The notes beneath the pieces are model-generated. The model saw only the letters and a program-made list of their open reading frames with translations, had not been told where the DNA came from and searched no databases. The position numbers were made by a program, and so were the translations under genes. From Myxococcales bacterium (GTDB lineage: Bacteria; Myxococcota_A; Polyangia; Polyangiales; DASUME01), in the NCBI GenBank assembly GCA_047601445.1, contig JASGJH010000001.1, positions 5,376,001 to 5,440,000 on the forward strand: a DNA stretch of 64,000 nt, written 5' to 3'. Each line of letters opens with the position of its first letter. The first letter of the stretch is position 1. Below are positions 9,389 to 19,444 of the stretch, in pieces.

Positions 9389-10297
9389 CTAGTGGCTTGC
9401 GCGCAACGCCTCGAGCGACACGCCAGGCAGCGAATACGGGGAGCGCTCGGGCGCCCGCACGTGCTCTTGGTCGTCGCGTGTAGAAATCACGATGGCGGTG
9501 ACCGCGGCACCGACCACCACGGCCGCCACCGCGGTGGCCCAGATCCAGCGCTTCTTGCGCTTGGACATGTCGTGCTGCACGGGGCTTGCGGGGTTCGGCG
9601 TGTGCACCAGGCTGGGGCTGAGCGAGCTCAACATCACCTGAATCACGATCTCTTCGCCGCCCTCCACGCGCAGCTCCCGCCGCTCGCTCAAGCGCTGTTG
9701 GGCGCGAAACTCGAACACGTGATCGCCCGGCGCGAGATAGAGCACGGTGCCCGAGGGGTCGATCACGTCGGATCCATCGAGACTCACCACCGCGGTGGCC
9801 GGACTCACCATCAAGCGCACCGCACCGACGCGTGCCTTGGCATCGAGTAGCAACTTCTCCACCCGCGCAGCGAGCGGCGGGTCCAGGGGCCGCACCTGGG
9901 AGCCGAGCGAAGCCGACAGGTACTTTACGGCCTTCACGTAGTTTCCGAGCTCGAACTCCACGTGGCCGAGCCCGCGCAACGAACGAGCGTTGGGGTAGAT
10001 GCGGTGGGCGCGCTCGAAATAGGCTCGCGCTTCGAGAAAGTCGCGGCGCCCGTGGGCCTGCACCGCGGCGTTGATGGCCAGGATGTAGTCCGGCGGGTTG
10101 GCTTCGACGGGTGGGCTCGACGGCTCGGGGATGGTCGATGCTTCGACGAGCTCGGGCGACTCGGTTCCGGATGCAGGCTGAAGGGATTGCGCCCGAACCA
10201 GGCCGCCCTCGAGCCATGTGCACGCGAGCAGCAGCCAGCCCGCGGCAAGCATTTTGACGGTTCGACGGTTTCTGAGGTGTATCAGAGGCCGCTCCAT
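9389..10297 (-). CDS. TPR + PEGA domain exported protein
   Basis: Signal peptide; TPR (EARAYFERAHRIYPNARSLRGLGHVEFELGNY); PEGA-like (VSPATAVVSLDG...LAPGDHVF); C-terminal hydrophobic segment after KRKKRWIW. Confidence 0.8.
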   Translation of the reverse strand: MERPLIHLRNRRTVKMLAAGWLLLACTWLEGGLVRAQSLQPASGTESPELVEASTIPEPSSPPVEANPPDYILAINAAVQAHGRRDFLEARAYFERAHRIYPNARSLRGLGHVEFELGNYVKAVKYLSASLGSQVRPLDPPLAARVEKLLLDAKARVGAVRLMVSPATAVVSLDGSDVIDPSGTVLYLAPGDHVFEFRAQQRLSERRELRVEGGEEIVIQVMLSSLSPSLVHTPNPASPVQHDMSKRKKRWIWATAVAAVVVGAAVTAIVISTRDDQEHVRAPERSPYSLPGVSLEALRASH

Positions 10298-10732
10298 GAG
10301 AGGTGGGAAGTTGCCCGGGAGCTCGCCCAGGTCTGCAGCAAGACTGGCGGCAAGTCCACCACCTGGTCCGCCAACCGGCCAGCGCCGGAACCTGAGTTAG
10401 CTCCTTCTATCCAACCGACGCCGAGGCGACCATGGTCAAATCCGCCGCGCTCGCTGGGAACGGGCCGACGCTGGCTGGCATGCGGAGGCATGGGCATTTC
10501 TTCCGGATGACTGGCGGCGCCGCGTGGTTCGTGTCAGCGGCGAGCGCTTCGCATGCGTGGAAGACTCGACGCGTAAGGTGCCGCAAGCGGCAGTAAGGTG
10601 AGGGCGCGCGATGCGGGCAGCACGAGCCTGCCGGTCAGCTCCCGGGTTCCTTCAGCCGCAACGGCCCGTGCGACTCGAGGACGAATTTACTATGGCAGAA
10701 TTGCCGCATTCCTGCTTTTGATACGCAGGTCC

Positions 10733-11428
10733 GTGGCTTCGAGTGCAGATCCACCCAGTCCGCAGAATTCTGCCGCGCAGCCGCAACCGCTGCGCACGTT
10801 ACTGACGCTCGCGGTCGGGGGAGATGCACTGGCCTGGCAAAAGCTTCAGGAGCGCATGTTGCCTTCCCTCGAACACTGGGCGCGATCTCACAAGGGGCTG
10901 CGGCGACGCAAGCTGCAACACTCCGTGGATGACCTGCGCGAGGTCGTGGTGCTCACGCTCGAGCGCCTGCGCGCGAATGAGTTCCGAAGCTTGAATACCT
11001 TTCTGGCGAGCCCCGACGCCGACTCCCCGACCGCGTTCGACGGCTGGCTCTACGGCGCCCTCGACTTTGCCGTGCGCGAGCATCTGCGAGCGCGCTTCGG
11101 CCGGATCCGTCAGGGCGGCGCGCCCGAGGAAAACCTGGGACCGAGCAAGCGCGACGTTAACACGCTCGCAACACGGTACGACGACGACGCGGCGGCGGCT
11201 GCGGGCAAGATGGGCCTCACGCTGACCATCACGCTTCAGGAAATTCTCAGCTACGCGGACGCGCGTTTCTCGAGTACAGAAGCGGAGGCCCTGCGAGCGT
11301 ATATCGAGCAGGGCGCAAGTTACGAGCAGCTCTCCGAGCGCCTTGCGCTGGAGTCTCCGCTCGAAGCGGAGCGCTTGATTCGCAAGCTCAAAGAGCGCCT
11401 GCGGACTCACTTCGGATCGCTCGAGTAA
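10733..11428 (+). CDS. ECF-type RNA polymerase sigma factor (divergent)
   Basis: Region 2-like (GDALAWQKL...DDLREVV...FDGWLYG...REHLR) and region 4-like HTH (EALRAYIEQGASYEQLSERLAL); start uncertain (GTG 10733). Confidence 0.7.
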   Translation: MASSADPPSPQNSAAQPQPLRTLLTLAVGGDALAWQKLQERMLPSLEHWARSHKGLRRRKLQHSVDDLREVVVLTLERLRANEFRSLNTFLASPDADSPTAFDGWLYGALDFAVREHLRARFGRIRQGGAPEENLGPSKRDVNTLATRYDDDAAAAAGKMGLTLTITLQEILSYADARFSSTEAEALRAYIEQGASYEQLSERLALESPLEAERLIRKLKERLRTHFGSLE

Positions 11429-11467
11429 GACTTAATCAGGACTCCCTCAACACGAGGTCAGCGTCGG

Positions 11468-12937
11468 ATGGAGCAGGTTCTCGAGCCAGGTGCGGAGGTC
11501 GACGGTCGCTACGTCGTGCGCCGTCTACTCGGCTCGGGCGGCATGGGCGAGGTCTACGAAGCCCACGACTTGCTGCTGGGACGCCCGGTGGCGCTCAAGG
11601 TTCTGCCGCGGCGCGCGCAGCACGACGAGCGCGCGCGGGAGCGATTGCAACGCGAAGGGCGCTCTGCGGCCCGCATTCAACATCGGCATGTCGTGCGTGT
11701 GTACGAAGTGGGATCGGACGGTGAGTCGGACTACCTCGCGATGGAGCTCTTGCAGGGAGAAGACCTGCATACCCTGCTCGAAAGAATGGGTCTGCTCAGT
11801 GTGGACGCCGCCTTCGATCTCTTCGAGTCCCTCGCGGACGCACTGAACGCCATTCACTCTGCGGGGGTGGTGCATCGCGACCTCAAGCCTCGAAACGTGT
11901 TTCTGGCACGCGAGGGGGGCGCGGACGTCACGCTCAAGGTTCTCGACTTCGGCGTGGCCAAGAGTGGCGACGCGCGCGATCGCGGGATCACGCGGGCGGG
12001 CGAAGTGTTCGGGACCTTGAGCTACATGTCCCCGGAGCAGCTACGAGCCACGCGCGACGTGGATGCTCGCAGCGACCTGTGGTCTGCCGGAGCCATCCTC
12101 CATGAGGCGCTGACCGGCAAGCCGCCCTACCCGGCGAACAACATCGCGGAGCTCGCGCTCCAGTTCGTAGACGGGCCCTGCCTCCCCGTGAACGCGACAC
12201 GCAAGGACGTGCCCACCCGCCTGAGCGAACTCATCGCGTGCTGCCTCGATCTCGACGCAGCACGCCGGTTTCAGTCGGCCCACGAGCTGCAGATGGCGCT
12301 GTTCGACGCGCGCGCCGAGCACGAAAGCAAGCAGGCCCAGGAGGTGCGGCGCCTGCAGGACACGCCGGGCCCCCTCCGCGCTAGCGCGCCCGAGCCGATG
12401 TCTCGGCAGAAGCGCGCGCTCTACTTTCGGCGCGGGGCCCTCGCGGCCGGCTTGGTCCTCGCGTGCGTCGGCGCGCTCGGGGTCGCGTGGAATCCCTCGA
12501 GCGGGAGCGGGCCCGACGGTCCGACCCAAGATCTCGGGGCGCGCGCGAAGTCGGCCGCGAGCTCCCTCACCACGATGGTGGAGCCCGTGCAGCCCGCGCT
12601 CGCCCACCCCCTGAGCAAGGTGTCCCGCCCGCCGGTGGGTCCAGCGGCTCAGGTCGTCAACGGCCCACACCGACAGCAAGCTCCCGATCTGGCCTCGCCG
12701 TGGTCCCCCGTTCGCAAAGCTGGCTCACGCACGCGCCCCGAACCCGCCACCGACGCAGCGAGCCTGAGGCGCGACACGGCAGCCGGCAGCACCGCGGCCG
12801 CACGGACTGCAAACGGCGCGGGCACCGATGGGGCCGCCGCGACGCCGGCGACTTCCCCCACGCCTGGCAAAGGGCTCATCGGTGAGGTTGCACACATCGA
12901 GACCAGCGCTGGGGCCCTCATGGCCTCGGAGTTCTAA
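11468..12937 (+). CDS. membrane Ser/Thr protein kinase (Pkn type)
   Basis: GSGGMGEV, VALK, HRDLKPRN, DFG, GTLSYMSPEQ; TM helix; Pro/Ala-rich tail ending AGALMASEF. Confidence 0.95.
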   Translation: MEQVLEPGAEVDGRYVVRRLLGSGGMGEVYEAHDLLLGRPVALKVLPRRAQHDERARERLQREGRSAARIQHRHVVRVYEVGSDGESDYLAMELLQGEDLHTLLERMGLLSVDAAFDLFESLADALNAIHSAGVVHRDLKPRNVFLAREGGADVTLKVLDFGVAKSGDARDRGITRAGEVFGTLSYMSPEQLRATRDVDARSDLWSAGAILHEALTGKPPYPANNIAELALQFVDGPCLPVNATRKDVPTRLSELIACCLDLDAARRFQSAHELQMALFDARAEHESKQAQEVRRLQDTPGPLRASAPEPMSRQKRALYFRRGALAAGLVLACVGALGVAWNPSSGSGPDGPTQDLGARAKSAASSLTTMVEPVQPALAHPLSKVSRPPVGPAAQVVNGPHRQQAPDLASPWSPVRKAGSRTRPEPATDAASLRRDTAAGSTAAARTANGAGTDGAAATPATSPTPGKGLIGEVAHIETSAGALMASEF

Positions 12938-12987
12938 GACGCCCTTTTTTCGTCTGACGATTCCCCCGAAGAGGCCGTTCTCCCCTA

Positions 12988-14106
12988 TTGATGGCTACTT
13001 CCTCTCGTGTCCCTCCTTCGCTACACGCGCTCGTCCAGCCCTTCGCGCCGGCGGGCGACGAGGTTCAGCCTCCTACCCTGAGCCTCCCCGAGGCCTGCGC
13101 AAAGCTCGGCGCCGAGCTCGGGTTGGGCCTCTTGCTGCTGCGGGAAGAATCGACCCGCGCCAGCGTGCTGCTGGCTTCGGGCACCGGGCCCGGGGGACAG
13201 GCGAGCGTCAGTGCGATCGGTCGGGCCCTCTCGGACCTCGAGCCGGAGAGCCTCCGTCAGCTCGCCTACGGTCGCCAGAGCACCGGCTCCATCGCCAGCT
13301 GGCTGCCCCGACTGTCTGCGTCGGCCCGGGCGCAAATCCGCTTGAGCCTCACCAACGTGGGCGCCCACGACGCCCTGTTCGTGCTGGCCTTCCCCGCGCG
13401 CGACTACGTGGCGGCGCTGCTCATCCCGGTGGATGCCAAGGGCCTGGACCCGCGCGTGCGCGAGTCGTTGCCGCGTCTACGCAGTAGCCTGGAGCGTGAG
13501 CTGCGCGAGAGCGTGCTCCCGAGGGAGCTGATCCGGGGCTGGGTGCGACCGAGCGGCGAGGACTTCGAGAACTCGTCGGGCGAGGCCCTTTCGCGGGCCG
13601 AGCTCTGGTGCGCGCTGGCCTCCGGCTGCGCCACCGTGACGCCTGTCAGACACCCGGACGAGGCCCGCCGCTACGCGGTGTTCGAGAACTCGCCGCTGGT
13701 GGCTCCCTCACGGGCGCTCACGGACACGGAGCGCTTCGTGATCGATCAGACCCTGGGCGGCGTGGCGGGCAAGTGCATCGCCTACGCGGCCGGGCTCACG
13801 GACTCACGCATCTCAGACTGCCTGGCCACGGCCGCTCGCAAGCTCGGGCTGACCACCCGCAGCGAGCTCTTGAGCCTGTGCGCAGGCCTGCGACTCGAGG
13901 AGCTGCCCAGCAAACCCAAGCCAGTGCTCACCGACGCCGAGCGTGAGGTCTGGCGCTTGCTCAAGGATGGACTCACCAACCAGGAGATCGCGACCCGCCG
14001 CAACACCGCGCTGCGCACGGTCGCCAATCAGGTGGCGAGCCTGCTCAAGAAGACCGGCGCGGCCAGCCGTCGCAGCTTGCTCGTGTCCTACGGCGCCGGC
14101 GCATGA
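12988..14106 (+). CDS. LuxR-family regulator with two tandem C-terminal HTH domains
   Basis: LTDTER...KCIAYAAGL...KLG and LTDAEREV...GLTNQEIATRRNTALRTVANQVASLLKK. Confidence 0.85.
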   Translation: MMATSSRVPPSLHALVQPFAPAGDEVQPPTLSLPEACAKLGAELGLGLLLLREESTRASVLLASGTGPGGQASVSAIGRALSDLEPESLRQLAYGRQSTGSIASWLPRLSASARAQIRLSLTNVGAHDALFVLAFPARDYVAALLIPVDAKGLDPRVRESLPRLRSSLERELRESVLPRELIRGWVRPSGEDFENSSGEALSRAELWCALASGCATVTPVRHPDEARRYAVFENSPLVAPSRALTDTERFVIDQTLGGVAGKCIAYAAGLTDSRISDCLATAARKLGLTTRSELLSLCAGLRLEELPSKPKPVLTDAEREVWRLLKDGLTNQEIATRRNTALRTVANQVASLLKKTGAASRRSLLVSYGAGA

Positions 14107-15293
14107 GCAGTGCCCAAGTCTTCGGATCCGCGGTAGCGCCCAACGACTATGTGTCCGTGCTCGAGGCCTGTTACGCGCATGCTTCGTCCCATCAAGCCTG
14201 GGCCCAGTCCGTGTTGCAGGCGCTGCAGGGCGCAACGGGCTCACGCGTTCCCCTCGGCCTGGTGGTGGTGCACGAACGGGCACAGGGCGCGAATGTGGAG
14301 CTGGCCGAGTTCGTGAACCTGGGACCACCCCCCGGCCTCACGCCGTGCGCGCCACTCGACGCCGCTCAGCTCGGCTTCCTGCAAGCGAGCTCGGGAGCGC
14401 TGGTGCCGAGCAGTCAGTTCGCGCGCCACATGCCGCCGAGCTGGGCCGCCTGGACCAAGCAGAACATCAGGGAGCACGGGCTCGACGAGCTGTGGTTCGC
14501 GCTGGCGCATCCGAGTACGGAGCTGTGCCTGCTGCTGATCTTCGGAGTGCTCGATCCCGGGACCTTCGTACGCCGTCAGCGCGATGCCTTCGAACGGGTA
14601 GCGATTCACGTGGAGAGCATGCTCCGGCTGCGCTTCGCGGATCACGAGCGCCCGGCGGCCCTGGTGCGCCTCGACGGCCATGTGGAGCGGGTGGAGCAGA
14701 CTGCCTTCGGGCGGCCCCGCGCCGACGTGCTGGTGCGTGGCATGCACAGCATCGAGCGCGCCAAGCGTGAGCGCGAGCTGGGTCACGGCGAGCGCGCCCT
14801 GCGCGCGTGGCCGGCGTTGGTGGAGGGCAACTGGAGCCTGGTGGAGCGCACCGACGGGCGGGGACAGCGGGCCTATTGGGCTCTCTTGAACCCACCGGTG
14901 GCGCGCGCAAAGTGCCCGCTGGGTGAGCGCGAAGCGGGCATCCTGGAGCTGAGCGCGCGCGGCTTCGCCAATACCCACGTGGCCTACGCGCTGGGCCTAT
15001 CGCCGAGCTACGTCTCGAGCGTGCTGTCGGTGGCCGCCGCCCGCCTGGGCTACAAGGGCCGGGCCGACCTGTTGCGCGCGGTGGCAGCGTCCCCGGAGTC
15101 GTCGCGGGCCTACAGTGCGAGCGATCTCACGACGGCCGAGCGCAAGGTGCTGGAGTTGGTCCAGCAAGGGCTCTCGAACCTACAGATCGCCAATGCCCGC
15201 GGCACCGCCGAGCGCACGGTGGCCAACCAGGTGGCTGCGCTCATGAAGAAGACCGGCGCCAACTCTCGACGCTCCCTGATCGTGATGCGTTAG
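14103..15293 (+). CDS. LuxR-family regulator with two tandem C-terminal HTH domains
   Basis: LGEREAGIL...VAYALGL and LTTAERKVL...GLSNLQIANARGTAERTVANQVAALMKK; ATGA overlap with the previous gene. Confidence 0.85.
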   Translation: MSSAQVFGSAVAPNDYVSVLEACYAHASSHQAWAQSVLQALQGATGSRVPLGLVVVHERAQGANVELAEFVNLGPPPGLTPCAPLDAAQLGFLQASSGALVPSSQFARHMPPSWAAWTKQNIREHGLDELWFALAHPSTELCLLLIFGVLDPGTFVRRQRDAFERVAIHVESMLRLRFADHERPAALVRLDGHVERVEQTAFGRPRADVLVRGMHSIERAKRERELGHGERALRAWPALVEGNWSLVERTDGRGQRAYWALLNPPVARAKCPLGEREAGILELSARGFANTHVAYALGLSPSYVSSVLSVAAARLGYKGRADLLRAVAASPESSRAYSASDLTTAERKVLELVQQGLSNLQIANARGTAERTVANQVAALMKKTGANSRRSLIVMR

Positions 15294-16500
15294 GCGGCCA
15301 AATCGTCGCGAGCGCGCGCAGCACGTTGCCGGCGCAGATCTGCTCCGCCGGGGCGCGCCCGTAGCGACGCTCCAGGCGCAGGGCGAGGTCGCGCAGCCGC
15401 CCGGGATGCTCGAAGCCCTCGAGGGGCCTGCCCCAGCCACCGAAGTCGCTGCCGATGGCCACCGCGTCGAAGCTGCCGGTGACCGCCCGAATGTGGTCGA
15501 CGTGCCGGCAGAAGAGCGCGAAGGAGTGCTCGGCTCCCGCTTCGCGGTCGTGGGCACGGGCGCGTGGAGCCCCGTCCCTGAGGTATGCGTCGCACAGGAT
15601 CACCCCCAACACGCCCCCACGCGCATGGATGGCGCGGATCCAGGGGTCGGTCAGGTTGTAGTCGCGGCTGCCGAGTCGACACGCCACGTGCGAAGCGATG
15701 AGCGGCATGCGGCGGCGCGGGTCGAGCGTGTCCAGCAGCTCCACGGTGTCGGCCAAGGAGCGCTCGGACATGTGGCTCACGTCGATCAAGATGCCGGCTT
15801 CGAACAGCGCCTTCACCGCGGCGCGGCCCAGATCCGAGAGGCCCCGTGCCGGTTGCGCATGCAGGCGATGAAACGCCGCGTCGGGCAGCCACGGCATGCC
15901 CGCGTTATTGGTGGCGATCTGGCGGTGGAGCAAGTGCGCCAGGGTCACGTATGCCACCCCCCGATTGCGCAGCAGATCGACGTTGCGCTTGATGCTCCGC
16001 AGCGTGCCGCCCAGATGGAAGCCGCCCTCCACGCAATGCACGAGCGCGAGCTTGTGCTGCTCGCGCGCGCTGCCCAGGTCCGCGTGGTCCCGCGCCACGA
16101 CCGCCACGGGCGCATGAACGTCTACTGCGCGCTCGACCTGCTCGAGCTGCTCGAGGAGATGTCGCAGCGCGTCGGGCTGGGGAGGACTCTGCGAGAGGCC
16201 GGCTGCGAATTCGTCGGCCCCCGAGTAGAGCACCGAGAACGCCACGCTGACCCCCGCCTCGCGGTACTGCGCAAGACTCACATTGGCGCGCGTTCCCGCA
16301 TCCTGAAGCGCGCGTTGCGCCCAACGCCAGGCCTCGAACCGCGCCACGCTGGCGAGCTGACGGACCATGTGATGGGAGCTCGTGGGCACCCGACGCGTGA
16401 GCTCGAGCTGCATGGGGTAGTGCGAATGCAGATCCACCACGGGCAACACGGCGCCGCGATCGACGGGATCCTCGTCCGAACCACGTTGGGCGTGTGACAT
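15241..16500 (-). CDS. membrane dipeptidase (peptidase M19, amidohydrolase fold)
   Basis: DLHSH, VEGG, YVTLAH, GLSDLGR...IDVSH, SH, GG..GV, IGSDF motifs. Confidence 0.85.
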   Translation of the reverse strand: MSHAQRGSDEDPVDRGAVLPVVDLHSHYPMQLELTRRVPTSSHHMVRQLASVARFEAWRWAQRALQDAGTRANVSLAQYREAGVSVAFSVLYSGADEFAAGLSQSPPQPDALRHLLEQLEQVERAVDVHAPVAVVARDHADLGSAREQHKLALVHCVEGGFHLGGTLRSIKRNVDLLRNRGVAYVTLAHLLHRQIATNNAGMPWLPDAAFHRLHAQPARGLSDLGRAAVKALFEAGILIDVSHMSERSLADTVELLDTLDPRRRMPLIASHVACRLGSRDYNLTDPWIRAIHARGGVLGVILCDAYLRDGAPRARAHDREAGAEHSFALFCRHVDHIRAVTGSFDAVAIGSDFGGWGRPLEGFEHPGRLRDLALRLERRYGRAPAEQICAGNVLRALATIWPPNASRSGSVESWRRSSS

Positions 16501-16608
16501 GGCAGGCCTGGTCAGAGTCTCAACGCTATCGAAAATCGTCCGCTCGGACCATGGTTAGTTCTTCCCAGACCATGCGTTAACTCCTAACTACGGCCATGGC
16601 GTGCACAC

Positions 16609-17101
16609 TCATCCCATCTCGTAAACGCCGTGCTCTTGGTGCCATTCGGCCAATGAGAAGTCGGGGTACACGTCGAAGTCGACGTCATGCTCGCTGCCCT
16701 CTACCTCCACCCAGGAGGCCTTCGAACCGAGCATCATGTGTACGTGTTCATGGGGCATCGGCAGCGGTGTATCGATGGCCGAGGCGAGCGGGTGAACGAG
16801 CTCTGACCAGGCCGGATGGAACCCCCACAAATGGCTGCCGCAGCGTCCGCAGAAATGCCGCTGGTGCTCGCTCTGCACGAGCTTGCCCGAGGCATCCCGC
16901 AAGAGGGCGCGATAGATCTTCACGTGCTCCTCGCCCTGGATCTTCAGCGTGCTGGCTTCACCCGAGAGATTGATGGCATAGCCACCTCCGCCCGCCGTCT
17001 TGCGACAGAATCGAGCAATAACAGCGTAGAAAGGGGTACGGAGCGCGGCTCTCCAAGGAGAAGCGCACGGCGCCGCAACTGCATGATCCTTCCATGTGCA
17101 T
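16609..17101 (-). pseudogene. GFA/CENP-V family protein with a +1 frameshift near 17009
   Basis: MHMEGSCSCGAVRF...RCYCSI in one frame continues as CRKTAGGGGYAINL...RHFCGRCGSHLW in the next; one extra base separates them. Confidence 0.85.
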
Positions 17102-17221
17102 GGCCGGTAGGTAGGCACGTTCGACCCTGCGCCACGGTTCCAGTGAGGCGAGGCACGACGCCGCGTTTGGCACCGGTTGCTACCCAGCCAGCGGCGTCCA
17201 CTTGAGGTGGCTGGAGGAAGC

Positions 17222-17704
17222 ATGGCGATTTACCTGCTCGCGCTCGCCATCGGCGTGGTGGCTGGCATGAGAGCACTGCTAGCCCCGGCCGCGGTGAGCT
17301 GGGCTGCGCACCTGGGTTGGTTGGATCTCCACGACAGCTGGGCGGGCTTCATCGGCAATCGCTGGGTCGCCTATGTCCTTGGCGTGATGGCGGTGGGAGA
17401 GCTGATCACCGACCAGCTACCCAAGACTCCAGCCCGCGTCGTGCCCGTGCAGTTCGCTGCTCGCATCATCAACGGGACCTTCTGTGGAGCCGTCGTGGGG
17501 ACGGCAGCCACGGCCTTCATGCCGATCGGCGGCGCGCTGATGGGTGCACTCGGAGCGGTGCTCGGCACGCGCGGCGGCTACGCCTTTCGCCAGCACTTCG
17601 CGGATCTCCATGGCGGGATCGATCGTCCAGGAGCCTTCTTCGAGGACGCCGTGGCCATCCTGGGAGCCTTGACGATCATGCGCGCGGTGGGGGGCCTCGA
17701 ATGA
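17222..17704 (+). CDS. DUF4126-like membrane protein
   Basis: GVVAGMRALLAPAAVSW...GELITDQLPKTP.R; GGAGG RBS. Confidence 0.75.
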   Translation: MAIYLLALAIGVVAGMRALLAPAAVSWAAHLGWLDLHDSWAGFIGNRWVAYVLGVMAVGELITDQLPKTPARVVPVQFAARIINGTFCGAVVGTAATAFMPIGGALMGALGAVLGTRGGYAFRQHFADLHGGIDRPGAFFEDAVAILGALTIMRAVGGLE

Positions 17705-19074
17705 CACGCCGCTTCGACGCCATCGTGATCGGAGCGGGCCAAGCCGGACCACCTCTGGTGGGGCGACTGAGCCAGGCGGGCATGACGGTCGCGTTGATCG
17801 AGCGCGCGCTCGTGGGCGGCACCTGCGTGAACACGGGTTGCATGCCCACCAAGGCGATGGTGGCGAGCGCCTACGCGGCCCACCTGGCGCGTCGCGCACG
17901 CGACTTCGGCGTGGTGCTCGAAGGCCCGGTGGGCGTGGATTTTCCGCGCGTGATGGCCCGCAAGGAGGGCGTCTCCCGCAACGCGCGTAGCTCGCTCGAG
18001 CGTTGGCTGGCGGGACTCTCGGGGTGCACCTTGCTGCGCGGACACGCGCGCTTCGTCTCCGCCCACGAGGTGCGTGTCAACGACGAGGTGATCGGCGCCG
18101 ATCGAATCTTCCTGAACGTGGGGGCGCGCGCTTTCGTCCCCGACATGCCTGGCGTCGACCGAGTGCCCTACCTGACGAATACATCCTTGCTCAAGCTGGA
18201 GCAGCTCCCACGCCACCTGGTGGTGGTGGGCGGCAGTTACGTGGGCCTCGAGTTCGCGCAGATGTTTCGGCGCTTCGGCAGTGAGGTCACCGTCGTGGAG
18301 CGTGGCGAGCGACTGATCCAGCACGAGGACCCGGACGTGTCCGACTGCGTGAAGTTCATCCTCGAGAACGAAGGCATCCGGCTTCGACTCGGGGCCACCT
18401 GTCTGCGACTCGAGTCACGGGGAAAGCAGGACGTCTGGGTAGGAGTGCAGTGCGCGGAAGGCGAACCCGGCGTACTGGGCTCCCATGTGCTGCTGGCGGT
18501 CGGCAGGCGACCCAACACCGACGACCTCGGCCTCGAGAAGGCCGGCGTAGAGCGCGATGCCAAGGGCTACGTGAAGGTGGATGACACGCTGCGCACCAGT
18601 GCGAGCAACATTTGGGCGCTCGGTGATTGCAATGGCAAGGGCGCGTTCACGCATACCTCCTACAACGACTTCGAGATCCTGGCGGCCAACTTGCTCGACG
18701 GCGGGCAGCGCAAGGTCAGCGATCGCATCCCAGCCCACGCGCTCTACATCGACCCACCACTCGGCCGAGCAGGCATGAGCGAGAGCGAGGCCCGCAAGAC
18801 CGGCAAACACATCCGCGTAGGCATACGCCCCATGACCCGCGTCGGCCGCGCCATCGAGAAGGGCGAGACCCAGGGCTTCATGAAGATGGTGGTCGACGCC
18901 GACAGCGAGCAGATACTGGGGGCCGCCATCCTCGGACCGGGCGGTGACGAAGCCATCCACTCCGTCCTCGACACCATGATCGCGCGAGCGCCTTACTCCG
19001 TGCTGAAACAGGCCATGCACATTCATCCCACGGTTTCTGAGCTCGTTCCTACTGTGCTTGGGGAGGTTGAGTAG
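17701..19074 (+). CDS. FAD-dependent pyridine nucleotide-disulfide oxidoreductase (mercuric reductase-like, no C-terminal Cys pair)
   Basis: IGAGQAG, GGTCVNTGCMPTK, GGSYVGLE, ALGD, HPTVSE. Confidence 0.92.
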   Translation: MTRRFDAIVIGAGQAGPPLVGRLSQAGMTVALIERALVGGTCVNTGCMPTKAMVASAYAAHLARRARDFGVVLEGPVGVDFPRVMARKEGVSRNARSSLERWLAGLSGCTLLRGHARFVSAHEVRVNDEVIGADRIFLNVGARAFVPDMPGVDRVPYLTNTSLLKLEQLPRHLVVVGGSYVGLEFAQMFRRFGSEVTVVERGERLIQHEDPDVSDCVKFILENEGIRLRLGATCLRLESRGKQDVWVGVQCAEGEPGVLGSHVLLAVGRRPNTDDLGLEKAGVERDAKGYVKVDDTLRTSASNIWALGDCNGKGAFTHTSYNDFEILAANLLDGGQRKVSDRIPAHALYIDPPLGRAGMSESEARKTGKHIRVGIRPMTRVGRAIEKGETQGFMKMVVDADSEQILGAAILGPGGDEAIHSVLDTMIARAPYSVLKQAMHIHPTVSELVPTVLGEVE

Positions 19075-19080
19075 GGGAGT

Positions 19081-19425
19081 CTGCGAGCGGCCATCGGCCA
19101 TCGGCCATCGGCCATCGGCCATCCGCCATCGGCCATCCGCCATCGGCCATCGGCCATCCGCCATCGGCCATCCGCCATCGGCCATCCGCCATCGGCCATC
19201 GGCCATCGGCCATCGGCCATCCGCCATCGGCCATCGGCTATCTGCCATCGGCCATCGGCCATCGGCCATCGGCGGTCAGCGGTGAGCGGTCGGCAGTCAG
19301 CGGTCAGCGGCGAGCGTGCGGCAGTCAGCGGTCAGCGGCGAGCGTGCGGCAGTCAGCGGTCAGCGGTCAGCGGTGAGCGTTCGGCAGTCAGCGTTCGGCA
19401 GTCAGTGTTCGGCAGCCCGCGGTCA
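19081..19425. repeat. heptamer tandem array: (GGCCATC/CGCCATC)n followed by (GCGGTCA/GCAGTCA)n
   Basis: 7-bp periodicity directly visible. Confidence 0.95.
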
Positions 19426-19444
19426 GACACCCGCCGCTTGCTGC

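Noticed and set aside
16545..16600. GACCATG(C)GTTA direct repeat upstream of the dipeptidase
   Set aside because: Short and imperfect; cannot be distinguished from chance.
17701..19074. merA / mercury resistance
   Set aside because: No C-terminal Cys pair, no N-terminal metal-binding domain and no mer operon genes.
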